Shown here: positions 1 to 9,786 of the stretch, in pieces | How the letters are laid out: each line of letters opens with the position of its first letter | Position numbering within the stretch: position 1 is the stretch's first letter | Assembly (NCBI GenBank): GCA_964459445.1 | Contig: CAYWMP010000002.1 | Location: 4,293 to 68,292, forward strand | Length of the DNA: 64,000 nucleotides | Reading direction: 5' to 3' | Origin: an uncultured Desulfobacteraceae bacterium | GTDB lineage: Bacteria > Desulfobacterota > DSM-4660 > Desulfatiglandales > HGW-15 | Position numbers and translations under genes: made by a program | Notes under the pieces: generated by a model | Databases searched by the model: none | The model's input: only the letters and a program-made list of their open reading frames with translations | Told to the model about the DNA's origin: nothing

Positions 1-1597
1 CCATTTCGTTGGCTGCTTGACTGACTACCGCGATTTCGTTTGTGATTTCCCCAGCAACGGATGTACTCTGGGCCACATTTTGGTTGACCTCCTGGATGCT
101 ATTCGAGGCCTGAGCAAGATTAGAGGCGATCTCTTCCGTGGTCACGGATTGTTCCTCTACGGCCGTCGCAATGGTCGACACGATTTCGTTCACATTACCG
201 ATGACCTCTGAGATCTGTTTGATCTCAACAACGGTATCACCGGTCGAAGACTGAATGCCATCGATTTTGCCCTTGATCTCTTGGGTGGCCTCGGCTGTCT
301 GTCGGGCCAGCTCTTTTATCTCATTTGCAACAACGGCAAATCCCTTGCCGGCATCACCTGCCCTGGCGGCCTCTATTGTGGCATTGAGGGCCAGGAGATT
401 GGTTTGTTCCGAGATCTCCGTGATCACTTCAGTGACCTTGCTAATTTCATTGGCATCCGCACCAAGCCTATCGATCTTCTCAGAAGCCGTATGGGCGCTT
501 GACGCCGCATTTTGTGCTATGCGGCGCGCCTTTTCAGAGTTTGATGCGATCTCTTTGACTGTCGCCATCATTTCTTCGGCGGCCGCGGCCACCGTATTCA
601 CATTGGTTGCGGCCTGTTCACTTACAGCTGCTACGTTGTTCATATTAGAGCTCATTTCCTGGGCAGCAGTGGCCACATTGCTTGATTTCGAGGCTGAGTC
701 CCCAGAGTTCTGAGAAAACTGTTGAGAAATGACGATGAGTTCATTAGATGCACTACTCAGACTGCGCGAATTGGAGCCAATATCTTTGACAAAGCCGTCG
801 AGTTTTGAAAGGAAGGTATTGAACCATTTGGCCATCTCTCCCAATTCATCACTTGATGAGTCATCGAGCGTCTTTGTCAGGTCGCCTTCGCCCTCTGCTA
901 TGTCCTGCAATCCTGATACAGCCTGGTTTATGGGTTTGGTAATGCCTCTGTTGACAACCCAGTTCAGGAAAAAACCAAAGAACAGACCGAGACCCGTAAT
1001 GCCGAACAAGACGACGATAGTCATTTTATAGGCTTCTCCAGCGTCGCGGTGAGCTTGGCCTGCGAGATTGAGATTAATCTCGGTGAGCCGGTCAATATAT
1101 TTCCGCATCTCTTCGAATTTTTCCTTGGCCTGTCCCAATGTCAGGTCCACGGCCTCGCTACGGCCTTGCCTTGTATCAGCCTTGCGACCTTCAACGATCC
1201 GCCCGCTGACCGATTTCCATTCTTCTTTCGCCTTTTCGTATTTTGATATTAACGCCTTTTCCTCTTTCCCCTTTGCAATAGCCTTGTATTTCTCCCACCT
1301 TTCCTCGGACTGCTTTAAATTTTCTTCATAGTTTTCAACCAGTTTTTTGAAAACTTCGGACTTTGCATTGGCAAATATCATAGAGCGTTCCGAAACGAGC
1401 AACTGCTGGAGATCCCGGTCTGCCTGGAGTAGATAGTCGATACTAGGCAGGTTGATTTCGAAGATCTCATTTAAATCATTATTTATAAAAGTGACGCTCC
1501 TGTAACCGGCAAAACCGATGAATGCCATGAATAAAACCATGATCAAGAAGGTGAGAATCAATTTTTTCCCGATTTTCATGTTTTTAAAGAATCTCAT
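1..1597 (-). CDS. methyl-accepting chemotaxis protein (3' end lies outside the window)
   Basis: Absent from the ORF track because it is open at the window edge. Minus-strand translation from the ATG at 1597 gives [33 protein letters not shown] (a TM helix). A second TM helix and a HAMP region follow. At ~300-420 is the canonical MCP signalling hairpin [38 protein letters not shown]. The + strand ORFs here are antisense shadows. Confidence 0.9.
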   Translation of the reverse strand, partial: MRFFKNMKIGKKLILTFLIMVLFMAFIGFAGYRSVTFINNDLNEIFEINLPSIDYLLQADRDLQQLLVSERSMIFANAKSEVFKKLVENYEENLKQSEERWEKYKAIAKGKEEKALISKYEKAKEEWKSVSGRIVEGRKADTRQGRSEAVDLTLGQAKEKFEEMRKYIDRLTEINLNLAGQAHRDAGEAYKMTIVVLFGITGLGLFFGFFLNWVVNRGITKPINQAVSGLQDIAEGEGDLTKTLDDSSSDELGEMAKWFNTFLSKLDGFVKDIGSNSRSLSSASNELIVISQQFSQNSGDSASKSSNVATAAQEMSSNMNNVAAVSEQAATNVNTVAAAAEEMMATVKEIASNSEKARRIAQNAASSAHTASEKIDRLGADANEISKVTEVITEISEQTNLLALNATIEAARAGDAGKGFAVVANEIKELARQTAEATQEIKGKIDGIQSSTGDTVVEIKQISEVIGNVNEIVSTIATAVEEQSVTTEEIASNLAQASNSIQEVNQNVAQSTSVAGEITNEIAVVSQAANEM

Positions 1598-1957
1598 GTC
1601 GTATTTACCCTTTCACTCTAGAGGTTTAGCAAGAAGGAGGGTTCATAAGAAAATCTCTTCGCATCTTATTCTATTTTGTCCACATTGAGACCGACAGTGA
1701 TGGCCCCAGTAACTTTGTCGTCATCTTTAAGCGGTAGATAAATATGCAATAATTAGGCCTAGGTGCTTATCTCATATTTAATAAAATGAGGGATTGGTCG
1801 GTGGGAAATAAAGTGGGGGTGAAAATTCAAATGATCATTTTTTGGGCCGGATATGTCCACACCCGTGCATGGATGTTCGAAGAGCAAGTGATGAGGGACT
1901 AGAATAGGTCACAGTGCCTTGCTAGAAGGCGAATGCTGACAATATATTTTTATGGAT

Positions 1958-2698
1958 TTACCGGACATTGTGTTTGATCTCTTTCTCGAATAACGAGTCA
2001 GGGAGCCCAGTGTTTATCCGGTAGTCGGAGAATTCGATGGTCATTTTTCCTTCTTTTGGTTGGGACTCTTCCGAGCCATCCTTCTCATCATTGGGGAGTC
2101 GATGGTGGGTTGGAAATCCCTTGAAATCGGCCATGTCTATCTTTGCATTGATTCTGATAGGCAACCAATATTTTTCGTGGAACAGGTTATATTCAAAGTC
2201 AATGTTTACGGTTGGACCTCGCAAAGACAACGTGTGCACCCTCCTGGGAATCCATCTCTCAGAATCGATCCAAAGGGTCAATTTCCTGACCTTTATCTCT
2301 TCCTTTCTAGGAACCAACTCTATGATATAGGCTTCAGTTTCCCCCAGAGTCTCTTTTCCCAGAAGGGACATATAGAAGTTTTCTCCGCTGAATCGATTCA
2401 GGTTGAGGAATACCACCTCTTTTGGAAGCATCGCAAATCCATTTGATTTCATTCGGATTTTGTCGGGTTGCTTGAAATAGATTTCCACGTTCATGGGCGG
2501 TACCCGCACCTTTTCCATGTCAATCTCGGCGTGGATTTTGACGGCGTAGTCCCTGATTTCTGAGAACGTGGAGCGAACGCGATCAAGAATATCATTGGCC
2601 GTGAGGTCAGAACCAAGTGCAGGCCAATCTGCGCTCCCAGCCAAAAGCAGGAGCAGGATGAATGACAAATAGGGTGAGGATTGAAATCTGCGTTTCAC
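1958..2698 (-). CDS. LolA-like / outer-membrane lipoprotein-sorting family protein (secreted)
   Basis: 246 aa with an N-terminal signal peptide (MKRRFQSSPYLSFILLLLLAGSA). It is beta-rich and resembles LolA-like sorting proteins. It overlaps the upstream ABC-2 permease gene by 4 nt. Confidence 0.5.
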   Translation of the reverse strand: MKRRFQSSPYLSFILLLLLAGSADWPALGSDLTANDILDRVRSTFSEIRDYAVKIHAEIDMEKVRVPPMNVEIYFKQPDKIRMKSNGFAMLPKEVVFLNLNRFSGENFYMSLLGKETLGETEAYIIELVPRKEEIKVRKLTLWIDSERWIPRRVHTLSLRGPTVNIDFEYNLFHEKYWLPIRINAKIDMADFKGFPTHHRLPNDEKDGSEESQPKEGKMTIEFSDYRINTGLPDSLFEKEIKHNVR

Positions 2699-3558
2699 GA
2701 TAGGATGTCTCTCCTATTAAAGATATAGAAAGCGATACCTAGGAACAAGGCTGTGTATCCCAAAAGGTATGCAATCGAAAGACCTATTTCTATTGATGGT
2801 AGGCGGTATAAAAAGGCTTTTCCCCACACCTTGGTGTAGGTTGTAAAGAGAAAGGGACGAATTTTTTCAAAAAGGGAAATGGGTGTCTCAGAGATGATAA
2901 ACGACACAATCACGATGGCCATGGTTCCCAGTATGGGACCGATGGCGTTGTCCACCATGACAGACAGCAGGATTGCCAAGGAGGCAACAACGCCCATGGC
3001 GATCATAGCGAGGGGGTAAGCGATTAAAAACCTCAATAGGGCCTGTTCCAGTGATAGGATGAGGAGTCCTTCCCCTCTTACCAGAAGATCGCCAATCCCG
3101 AACATGATGATCCCTAAACCAAGGCTCAAAGCAGCCAAGAACGCCACAAGCAGGAAAGTATAGATAAAGGTAACGGCCACCTTGGCAGCTAGTATCCTGG
3201 ATCTTGACGGCGGTCTGGTCAAGACCATCCTTAGGGTTCCTGAAGATGCTTCCCCAGCCACCTGGTCCCCGGCGACCAGCGCAATGAACAGGGGAATATG
3301 GACCAAGAGTGAGAACATCGCCATTTGAGAGACAAAGAGACCGTTCAATAAATTCCCGGAGATGAGGAAAGTCTCCTCCAGAGTCTGATAACCCTGCGAG
3401 TTCTTCAGAAACCCACCCTCATCCAGCTTGACGCCGATAAAGATTAAGGGCAGAACGACCCCGGTCGCGATAAAGCCTATATAGGTTCTCAGTTTAGAGA
3501 ATGTCTTGGTCCATTCGATCCGGATTAACCTAATCACGGCTATTCTCCAAGGTAACAA
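2695..3558 (-). CDS. ABC-2 type transporter permease
   Basis: 287 aa, polytopic and hydrophobic (about 6 TM segments) with no nucleotide-binding motifs. It lies downstream of an ABC ATPase gene. Confidence 0.7.
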   Translation of the reverse strand: MLPWRIAVIRLIRIEWTKTFSKLRTYIGFIATGVVLPLIFIGVKLDEGGFLKNSQGYQTLEETFLISGNLLNGLFVSQMAMFSLLVHIPLFIALVAGDQVAGEASSGTLRMVLTRPPSRSRILAAKVAVTFIYTFLLVAFLAALSLGLGIIMFGIGDLLVRGEGLLILSLEQALLRFLIAYPLAMIAMGVVASLAILLSVMVDNAIGPILGTMAIVIVSFIISETPISLFEKIRPFLFTTYTKVWGKAFLYRLPSIEIGLSIAYLLGYTALFLGIAFYIFNRRDILS

Positions 3559-3569
3559 CCCAGCAATAA

Positions 3570-3834
3570 TTAGACAGGATAAACATGATTGACGGGATGA
3601 TTTATTTCCTAAAGAAAACTTAAAGAACTATCAGGGGCGGCCAACTATCTTATTAGATCGTCGAAAAGTTTTATGTGGAAATACTCCACATTGTTTCCGA
3701 TAAATAATATCGGAATCCCGCTTTTAGCGGGACTTTTTAACGATTCCCGGATCCGTCCCTAGAATGTCTTGTTGATCCTGTTTACCTGCCGAAGCCTTGG
3801 CGCAGGTAGGTTATACTGTCAAATACTCTGTCCC
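3570..3834. repeat. copy A of a ~270-bp structured element with terminal inverted repeats (MITE-like)
   Basis: Aligns end to end with the reverse complement of 20555-20838. By-eye identity is ~65-70%, higher at the ends. Left end is tagacaggataaacatgattg. Right end is cctgtttacctgccgaagccttggcgcaggtaggttatactgtcaaata. The termini are inverted (GACAGGATAA / TTATaCTGTC). Internal hairpins include tacctgc..gcaggta and cccgcttttagcggg. Confidence 0.8.
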
Positions 3835-4751
3835 TGTGAACTTCTACTCTCCAAGATGGAAAGGTAGAAATCCTCTAATGACTTTCGAGGCTGGATAGCA
3901 AAGAGCTGAAAGCCTTCGCCGACCAGAAACGCCGCCATCTGCGGGATCTGCTGATGTTCGATTCTGACGAGTAGATCTTCAGGATTGCACTCCACTGCCT
4001 GAATCCATTCCTTGGCCTTCAAGGCCCCGGCAGCTTCCTGCGGTCGATCGATCTTCAGAACCACTTGCTCGCTTTTCGACATAAGCAACTCCTCAACACT
4101 GCCCTCCACCAGAAGCTTACCCTCATTGATGATTGCCATTTGGCGGCATACCTGTTCGACTTCATGGAGCAAATGAGACGATAAAAAGATTGTGAGCCCC
4201 TGTCGTGAGAGCTCGGCAATAAGCTGCCTGATTTCTTTCATGCCCTCTGGGTCGAGTCCGGAAGTGGGTTCGTCGAGAATAATCAACTCCGGGCTCCCAA
4301 GGAGGGCCTGGGCAATACCAAGACGCTGTTTCATGCCCTGGGAGTAGGTCTTTAACTTGTCATCGGCCCTGTGCAAAAGACCGACGATATCGAGGACCCT
4401 GTCGATGTCCGGATTTTCCGGATGAGAGTCTCTCAAACTGGCGTGTATTTCCAGGTTGCGGCGGGCTGAGAGGTATTTATAGAAGCTCGGCTTTTCTATG
4501 AGGGCGCCGATCTTGCTCAGGATGAATTGTCTATGATCTTGAAGTTTTCGATCGAACAGACTTATATGCCCCCTGGTGGGTTTGACCAGCCCCAACAGCA
4601 TGCGGATTGTGGTGCTTTTTCCTGCCCCATTCGGACCCAGAAATCCAAAGACGTCACCTCGGTTCACAATCAAATTGAGATCGGCAACGGCAGTGATTGT
4701 TTTGAACTGTTTGCTGAGGTTTGATGTAGAGATGATGGTATCACCATTCAT
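3819..4751 (-). CDS. ABC transporter ATP-binding protein (ABC-2 exporter type)
   Basis: Walker A GPNGAGKST, signature YSQGMKQRL, Walker B LIILDEPTSGLD, H-loop SSHLL. 310 aa. Confidence 0.9.
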   Translation of the reverse strand: MNGDTIISTSNLSKQFKTITAVADLNLIVNRGDVFGFLGPNGAGKSTTIRMLLGLVKPTRGHISLFDRKLQDHRQFILSKIGALIEKPSFYKYLSARRNLEIHASLRDSHPENPDIDRVLDIVGLLHRADDKLKTYSQGMKQRLGIAQALLGSPELIILDEPTSGLDPEGMKEIRQLIAELSRQGLTIFLSSHLLHEVEQVCRQMAIINEGKLLVEGSVEELLMSKSEQVVLKIDRPQEAAGALKAKEWIQAVECNPEDLLVRIEHQQIPQMAAFLVGEGFQLFAIQPRKSLEDFYLSILESRSSQGQSI

Positions 4752-5215
4752 ATTCGTTTATCCTCATGAGGCACGTTGCACTTCTTCAATATTTTCCTGT
4801 CATCTTCGCCCGGAACGATACCGGTGAGTACAGCCGTAAGAACAATGATTTCATCCTGATTTCTGAATTCCACCTCAGCTTTTGCATGGCCTTTATCGTC
4901 GATCTCAGTAATTTTGAAGTCACACCTTATGGTATCGCCGTAATACACCGGTTTTTGAAAGTCAAAATACATTCCCGAAGCCAACCAACCTATTTGACCG
5001 CCAATTTCGGTAAGAATACAAGCAACAAGAAGCCCGTGACAAATGCATTCGCTGAAATTTTTAACTTTGGCGAATCTCTCGTCAAAATGAACAGGATTAT
5101 AGTCTCTGGAAATATCTGCGAATTGCAGCATATCCTTCTCAGTGAATGTTCGCTCAACTGTAAAGATGTCTCCCACCTCTAACCCGTCAATGGTTTTCTG
5201 TCGTATGTATGACAT
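4748..5215 (-). CDS. MaoC-like (R)-specific enoyl-CoA hydratase / hot-dog dehydratase
   Basis: 155 aa with the YNPVHFD motif and hot-dog length typical of the MaoC/PhaJ family. Overlaps the downstream ATPase gene by 4 nt. Confidence 0.8.
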   Translation of the reverse strand: MSYIRQKTIDGLEVGDIFTVERTFTEKDMLQFADISRDYNPVHFDERFAKVKNFSECICHGLLVACILTEIGGQIGWLASGMYFDFQKPVYYGDTIRCDFKITEIDDKGHAKAEVEFRNQDEIIVLTAVLTGIVPGEDDRKILKKCNVPHEDKRI

Positions 5216-5487
5216 GGAAATTAAACCTCATTCCTCTACACTGATTTACTGCTAACCCTAACGCTGCAAAAGTCGAGGATGCAGTAGATCCAAGGCGTCA
5301 AGGGTGAAGCTGTAGTAAACTACCGCGAATCCTTGACAACAAAGGATATGCGGTATCCTCGGCTTTCCCGAAGGGCAAATAACATGACAAATTATACTCT
5401 ACTCTTGGATGGCGCCCATGGTCGATTCAAGAAACTTGAACTAATGACCTCGAAATCCTTGCTATCCTTGCTTTAAATACCCTCTTG

Positions 5488-6330
5488 TCATGTTATTTGT
5501 GCAACGATAGGGTCAAGCCATTTCACCATATATGCAAGGATCTGATTCTGTTCGGGTTCGTTTTGGAGTTCGTGATACAGACCTTCCCATATCTTCAGAC
5601 TGCAAAGTTCGCCTGCCTTTTCGGCAAATTCGCGACTGGCCTGTGAAGACGTGATAGGGTCTGAGCCACCATGCATCAGCAAAAGCGGCATTGATAGATC
5701 TGAAGCATGTTCCAGAGCCCATAGCCCGTGTTCGAGCAAACCGATCCCAAGGCGCGCCGAAATTCGGTCGTGAACCAACGGATCATCTTTATAAGCACGC
5801 ACTACATCGGGATCGTGCGATAAGCCGTCAGGGTCCAATTCATTGGATAGGGCGATGCTCGGCCACAATCGGCACAAGAACTTTCCCAGGGCCAACTTTA
5901 TGACTGGCGGTTCAAAGGCCGGTCGAAGGCTTGGGGCCGTGGCAATGACGCAAGGCAAATCGGGTTGAAGTCGAAGAACATATTCGAGCACAAGGCCTCC
6001 GCCCAGACTATGGCCGTAAAGAAAACGTGGTTCATTTGGATAGCGGTTGTGGGCATATTCCAAGTGCAAGGAAATGTCATCCAGCAATATCCCATAGGTG
6101 GGTGTATGCCCGCGTTTCCCTTGTGATTTGCCGTGACCGCGATGATCAAAGGCCACAAGTGCATAGCCGGCCCGGGTAAAAAAGGCGGCCACATGTTCGT
6201 AGCGTCCGCTGTGTTCGCCTAGACCGTGAACCAGGCAAACAATGGCCTTGCGTTCTCCCTCAGGTTCCCAACCTTGAGCATTAATCTCTAAACCGTCGTT
6301 TGTCTTCCAATCAAATTCAAAATGTTTCAT
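5488..6330 (-). CDS. alpha/beta hydrolase, lysophospholipase / monoacylglycerol lipase-like
   Basis: HGLGEHSGRYEH oxyanion region and the nucleophile elbow GHSLGG. 280 aa. Confidence 0.8.
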   Translation of the reverse strand: MKHFEFDWKTNDGLEINAQGWEPEGERKAIVCLVHGLGEHSGRYEHVAAFFTRAGYALVAFDHRGHGKSQGKRGHTPTYGILLDDISLHLEYAHNRYPNEPRFLYGHSLGGGLVLEYVLRLQPDLPCVIATAPSLRPAFEPPVIKLALGKFLCRLWPSIALSNELDPDGLSHDPDVVRAYKDDPLVHDRISARLGIGLLEHGLWALEHASDLSMPLLLMHGGSDPITSSQASREFAEKAGELCSLKIWEGLYHELQNEPEQNQILAYMVKWLDPIVAQIT

Positions 6331-6477
6331 GTTTTTTACCTTTTAAGTAGTTTGACAGGAAAGCTCATAATAGTCAGAAGGCAGCCCCTTGAGTCAACAG
6401 GAAATTTGGAACGAGGGTAGGGAAGCGAAGTAGTAGACAGTCTGAAGCGGGCAGTAAGCGGTCCCGCTGAACAACGA

Positions 6478-6583
6478 GCGGGATCTTCGCTACGCTCCGA
6501 TAGGCAGCAGGCGATAATAAGCAGACCAATGACCACTCGACGGTGCTCGTGACAGGCAAATGGCTAATGACTAATGACAAATG
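6478..6583. repeat. mosaic intergenic repeat (modules gcgggatcttcgct.., ccaatgaccac.cgacggtgctcg, gacaggcaaatgRcYaatgac)
   Basis: The same modules recur at 8640-8729, on the other side of the cyclase gene, in the same orientation but in permuted order. Confidence 0.75.
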
Positions 6584-6661
6584 CGTTTCCCATTGACTGC
6601 TGAACTTCACAACCATAGACTAGATGCTTTAAGAGGGTAGTATTTGGAAGAGATTTATGGA

Positions 6662-8608
6662 ATGAACGGGGAACGAGCCAAAAGAAAACTTGCAGCAATC
6701 CTGAGTGCGGATGTGAAGGGTTACAGCCGCCTTATGGGCGAGGATGAACTCGCTACGGTTGAAACCCTGAAGCTATACCGGGAGGTGATGGGTTCGCTCA
6801 TCCAGCAATACAATGGAAGAGTAGTAGATTCTCCTGGGGATAATCTCCTTGCGGACTTTGCCAGTGTCGTGGAAGCCGTAGAATGTGCAGTGAAAATCCA
6901 GGAGGAACTTAAATTAAGGAATGCTGAATTCCCCGAGGATCGAAGGATGGCGTTCCGTATCGGTGTAAACCTCGGGGATGTTTTAGAGGATGAAGGCCGG
7001 ATCTACGGAGATGGGGTCAATATCGCGGCGCGTGTTGAAAGTCTATCGGATGCAGGCGGGGTCTGCTTATCGGGAAGTGCCTATGACCAGGTCAAAAGCA
7101 AGCTGAAGCTGGAATTAGGATACGAATTCCTTGGAGAACAGTCGGTCAAGAATATCTCCGAACCGGTCCGCATATACAGGGTTTTAGCGGGGGCTAAAGA
7201 GGCCGGAACGGTTGTCTACAAGCACCGAAGAGATGATCCAAAACATAAACGGAGATCGACCATCATCGTACTCTTGATCTTGATTTTTGGAATAGCAGGT
7301 TTTGTAGCCTACAAACTCTACCAGACTTCAATTACTCCCCCTGTTGAGTTGGCCTCCATAGAAAAGATGGCCTTTCCTCTTCCAGACAAGCCCTCCATAG
7401 CTGTCCTGCCATTTGACAATATGAGTGGCGATCCGGAGCAGGAGTACATTGCTGATGGGTTCACCGAAAACATCATTACAGCCCTGTCTAAAATCCCGGA
7501 GATGTTTGTGATCGCCCGCTATTCTGTGTTCACGTACAAAGGCAAGCCCGTCAAGATTCAGAGGGTCAGCGAAGACCTGGGCGTACAGTATGTGCTGGAA
7601 GGGAGCGTTCAGAGGTCCGCCGATAGAATACGAATTGCCGCTCAGCTTATAGATGCCACAACAGGACATCACCTATGGGCTGATCGCTATGACCGTGATT
7701 TTAAGGACTTGTTCGATTTGCAGGATGAAATCACGATGGAGATCCTGACGGCTCTCCAGGTGAAATTAACAGAGGGCGAGCAAGCGGCCAGTTGGCAGAC
7801 CACAAACAACCTGGAGGCCTGGGGATATTTTGTCAAGGCAAGCGGTCATTTTGAACGCTTCCAAAGGGAGGACAACATCAGAGCGAAGGCACTGTTTGAG
7901 AAGGCCGTAAGTCTGGATCCAAACTATTCAGCGGCGTGGCTAATGCTGGCCTGGACGCACCTTATGGATGCTTACCTCGGATTTGGTGATTCTCGGGCCG
8001 AATCAATGACACAGGCCATGGCCCTTGCCGAAAAAGTTCGGGGAATGGTTGAAGGACAATCTGAAGCGCATGCATTGTGGAATACGATTCATCTTTTTCA
8101 GAAACAATACGAACTGGCCATAGCTGAGGGAAGAAAATCCGTCACTCTTGGGCCAAATAACTCCCTGGGGCATATCCTTTTTGCTTATACTATGCTCTTC
8201 GCCGGGGAGTTCAATGAAGCGATCGATTTAGCAGAGAGGGCGATTCGGCTTACCCCCTATTGTTCCAGTTGGTATTTCTTCGTATTGGGCAAGGCCTACC
8301 GCCAGGCGGGTCGATACGAGGAGGCGTTTGCAGCATTCGAGAAAGGCTTGGTGCGTGCACGTGAGAACAGGGGTAATCTTTTTCTTCCGTTGATCGGGCT
8401 CACGGATGTTAGTGTCCAACTCGGTCGGGATACTGAAGCCCGGAATTATGCAGCTGATATTTTGAAAATAGACCCGAACTTCAATTTGGAAGGCTTTAAG
8501 TATATCTATTTATATAAAGACCCAGCGCACCTGGAGCGCATCCTGGATAACATGAGGAAAGCAGGATTGCCGGAACGAGCTGGGGATGAAGTGAGTATTG
8601 AAGATTGA
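6662..8608 (+). CDS. class III adenylate/guanylate cyclase with TM helix, TolB-N-like module and TPR repeats
   Basis: The cyclase core shows LAAILSADVKGYSRLM and GDGVNIAARVES. One TM helix (IIVLLILIFGIAGFVAY) is followed by a C-terminal TPR-like region. The track start at 6644 is TTG; the ATG at 6662 (MNGERAKRK) is preferred. Confidence 0.85.
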   Translation: MNGERAKRKLAAILSADVKGYSRLMGEDELATVETLKLYREVMGSLIQQYNGRVVDSPGDNLLADFASVVEAVECAVKIQEELKLRNAEFPEDRRMAFRIGVNLGDVLEDEGRIYGDGVNIAARVESLSDAGGVCLSGSAYDQVKSKLKLELGYEFLGEQSVKNISEPVRIYRVLAGAKEAGTVVYKHRRDDPKHKRRSTIIVLLILIFGIAGFVAYKLYQTSITPPVELASIEKMAFPLPDKPSIAVLPFDNMSGDPEQEYIADGFTENIITALSKIPEMFVIARYSVFTYKGKPVKIQRVSEDLGVQYVLEGSVQRSADRIRIAAQLIDATTGHHLWADRYDRDFKDLFDLQDEITMEILTALQVKLTEGEQAASWQTTNNLEAWGYFVKASGHFERFQREDNIRAKALFEKAVSLDPNYSAAWLMLAWTHLMDAYLGFGDSRAESMTQAMALAEKVRGMVEGQSEAHALWNTIHLFQKQYELAIAEGRKSVTLGPNNSLGHILFAYTMLFAGEFNEAIDLAERAIRLTPYCSSWYFFVLGKAYRQAGRYEEAFAAFEKGLVRARENRGNLFLPLIGLTDVSVQLGRDTEARNYAADILKIDPNFNLEGFKYIYLYKDPAHLERILDNMRKAGLPERAGDEVSIED

Positions 8609-8639
8609 GTATTGAAGATTGACAAGTGAAGATCAGCAA

Positions 8640-8729
8640 GTGACAAATGACCACCCGACGGTGCTCGGGGCCCCGGTAGCGGGATCTTCGCTTCGCTACG
8701 ACAGGCAAATGACCAATGACAAAATAACC
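8640..8729. repeat. mosaic intergenic repeat, partner of 6478-6583
   Basis: gtgacaaatgaccacccgacggtgctcgg ... gcgggatcttcgcttcgctacgacaggcaaatgaccaatgacaaaataacc matches modules of 6478-6583. Confidence 0.75.
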
Positions 8730-9110
8730 AATTGGATTCCTTTCGGAGAAGGGGAGTATCTTGTTGAAAAGGCGTTTCTGTTTGCGCCGGACGATTCTGC
8801 CGTTTTGCTAGAGGACGCGGTTATAGAGATATCAGAAGATTCAAGAGGTCATCGCAGGATGATGGGTGATGGCCGTATCCAGACCATCCTATTGGTCGAA
8901 TTGATGGACGATCACGACGATATCGCCCTTGCTTTGGATTTGGGGGACGAGTTTAAGTATATCATGAAAGACCCCATCCTGAAGGGCGGAAAGGTGTTTT
9001 CCCCGAACGTAAAAGCCTCACTCCAATTCTCTCCCGATGAACCCTGGCGGCATATTCCCGAGGAAGAATTCGAAGCGCTTTGGAAGCGTCTTAAGGTGCT
9101 AGGAACTTGA
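8709..9110 (+). CDS. hypothetical protein
   Basis: The track ORF 8619-9110 begins inside the repeat. The likely start is the ATG at 8709 (MTNDKITNWIPFGEGEY), which is itself part of the repeat word aATGACcaatgac. No family recognised. Confidence 0.4.
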   Translation: MTNDKITNWIPFGEGEYLVEKAFLFAPDDSAVLLEDAVIEISEDSRGHRRMMGDGRIQTILLVELMDDHDDIALALDLGDEFKYIMKDPILKGGKVFSPNVKASLQFSPDEPWRHIPEEEFEALWKRLKVLGT

Positions 9111-9570
9111 TTCCTGGTTCCAGGCGAATAGCACTGACCTCCGATTCCTGACGTCCGACCCCTGACCTCCAACTCCTGTCTTTTCCCTTCCTTAAATCGG
9201 CATATTATGGTAGCTGTTCTTCTGGAAAGGGTCAAAGAGCCCTGAGCAAGGCCGCGGTGGAATTGTAACGACCCAACCCAACCTACCTTGTGGCATACCT
9301 AATTTTTCTACGTAATTTGTACGTTATTTTCAAGCATTGACATTTAGCGCAATTACCTCCATGTATTGAACAAAACCGTCACTTGGTCTTAATCGACTCA
9401 AAGGGGATGAAACCATGAAAAGGCTGGCGTTCTTTTTTCTCTCCCTCCCTGTTCTGATCATCTCCCGAGACTTCAAACGAAAATGAGAAAGCGGATGTTT
9501 GGAGCCCGCGAAGCCACACAACGTCCCTCATTTTCCATTTTCAGAGGAATAAAAGTGCCAAGCATTGAAC

Positions 9571-9625
<55 letters not shown>

Positions 9626-9786
9626 CCCCTATTCTTATCTGTAGATATTCAGAGAAAAACTTGCCAGGTTCCTTTGCGGCCAAGGCAGTGAAATGGAATA
9701 GATCCTCAGTTGTATCAATAAAACTGGAGGGCTTTTGTAATAAAAAGAGGATCAGTGCAGCCTTAGCTTAAGAAAGAGAGGCAATC

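Noticed and set aside
255-1331. Several + strand ORFs (255-713, 281-502, 729-1031, 1049-1331) with Ala/Ser/Leu-rich translations.
   Set aside because: They are antisense to a clear methyl-accepting chemotaxis protein gene on the minus strand. Their low-complexity composition is typical of shadow ORFs.
6336-6616. Minus-strand ORFs of 66 and 80 aa upstream of the cyclase gene.
   Set aside because: They lie entirely in mosaic repeat sequence and have no RBS or family resemblance.
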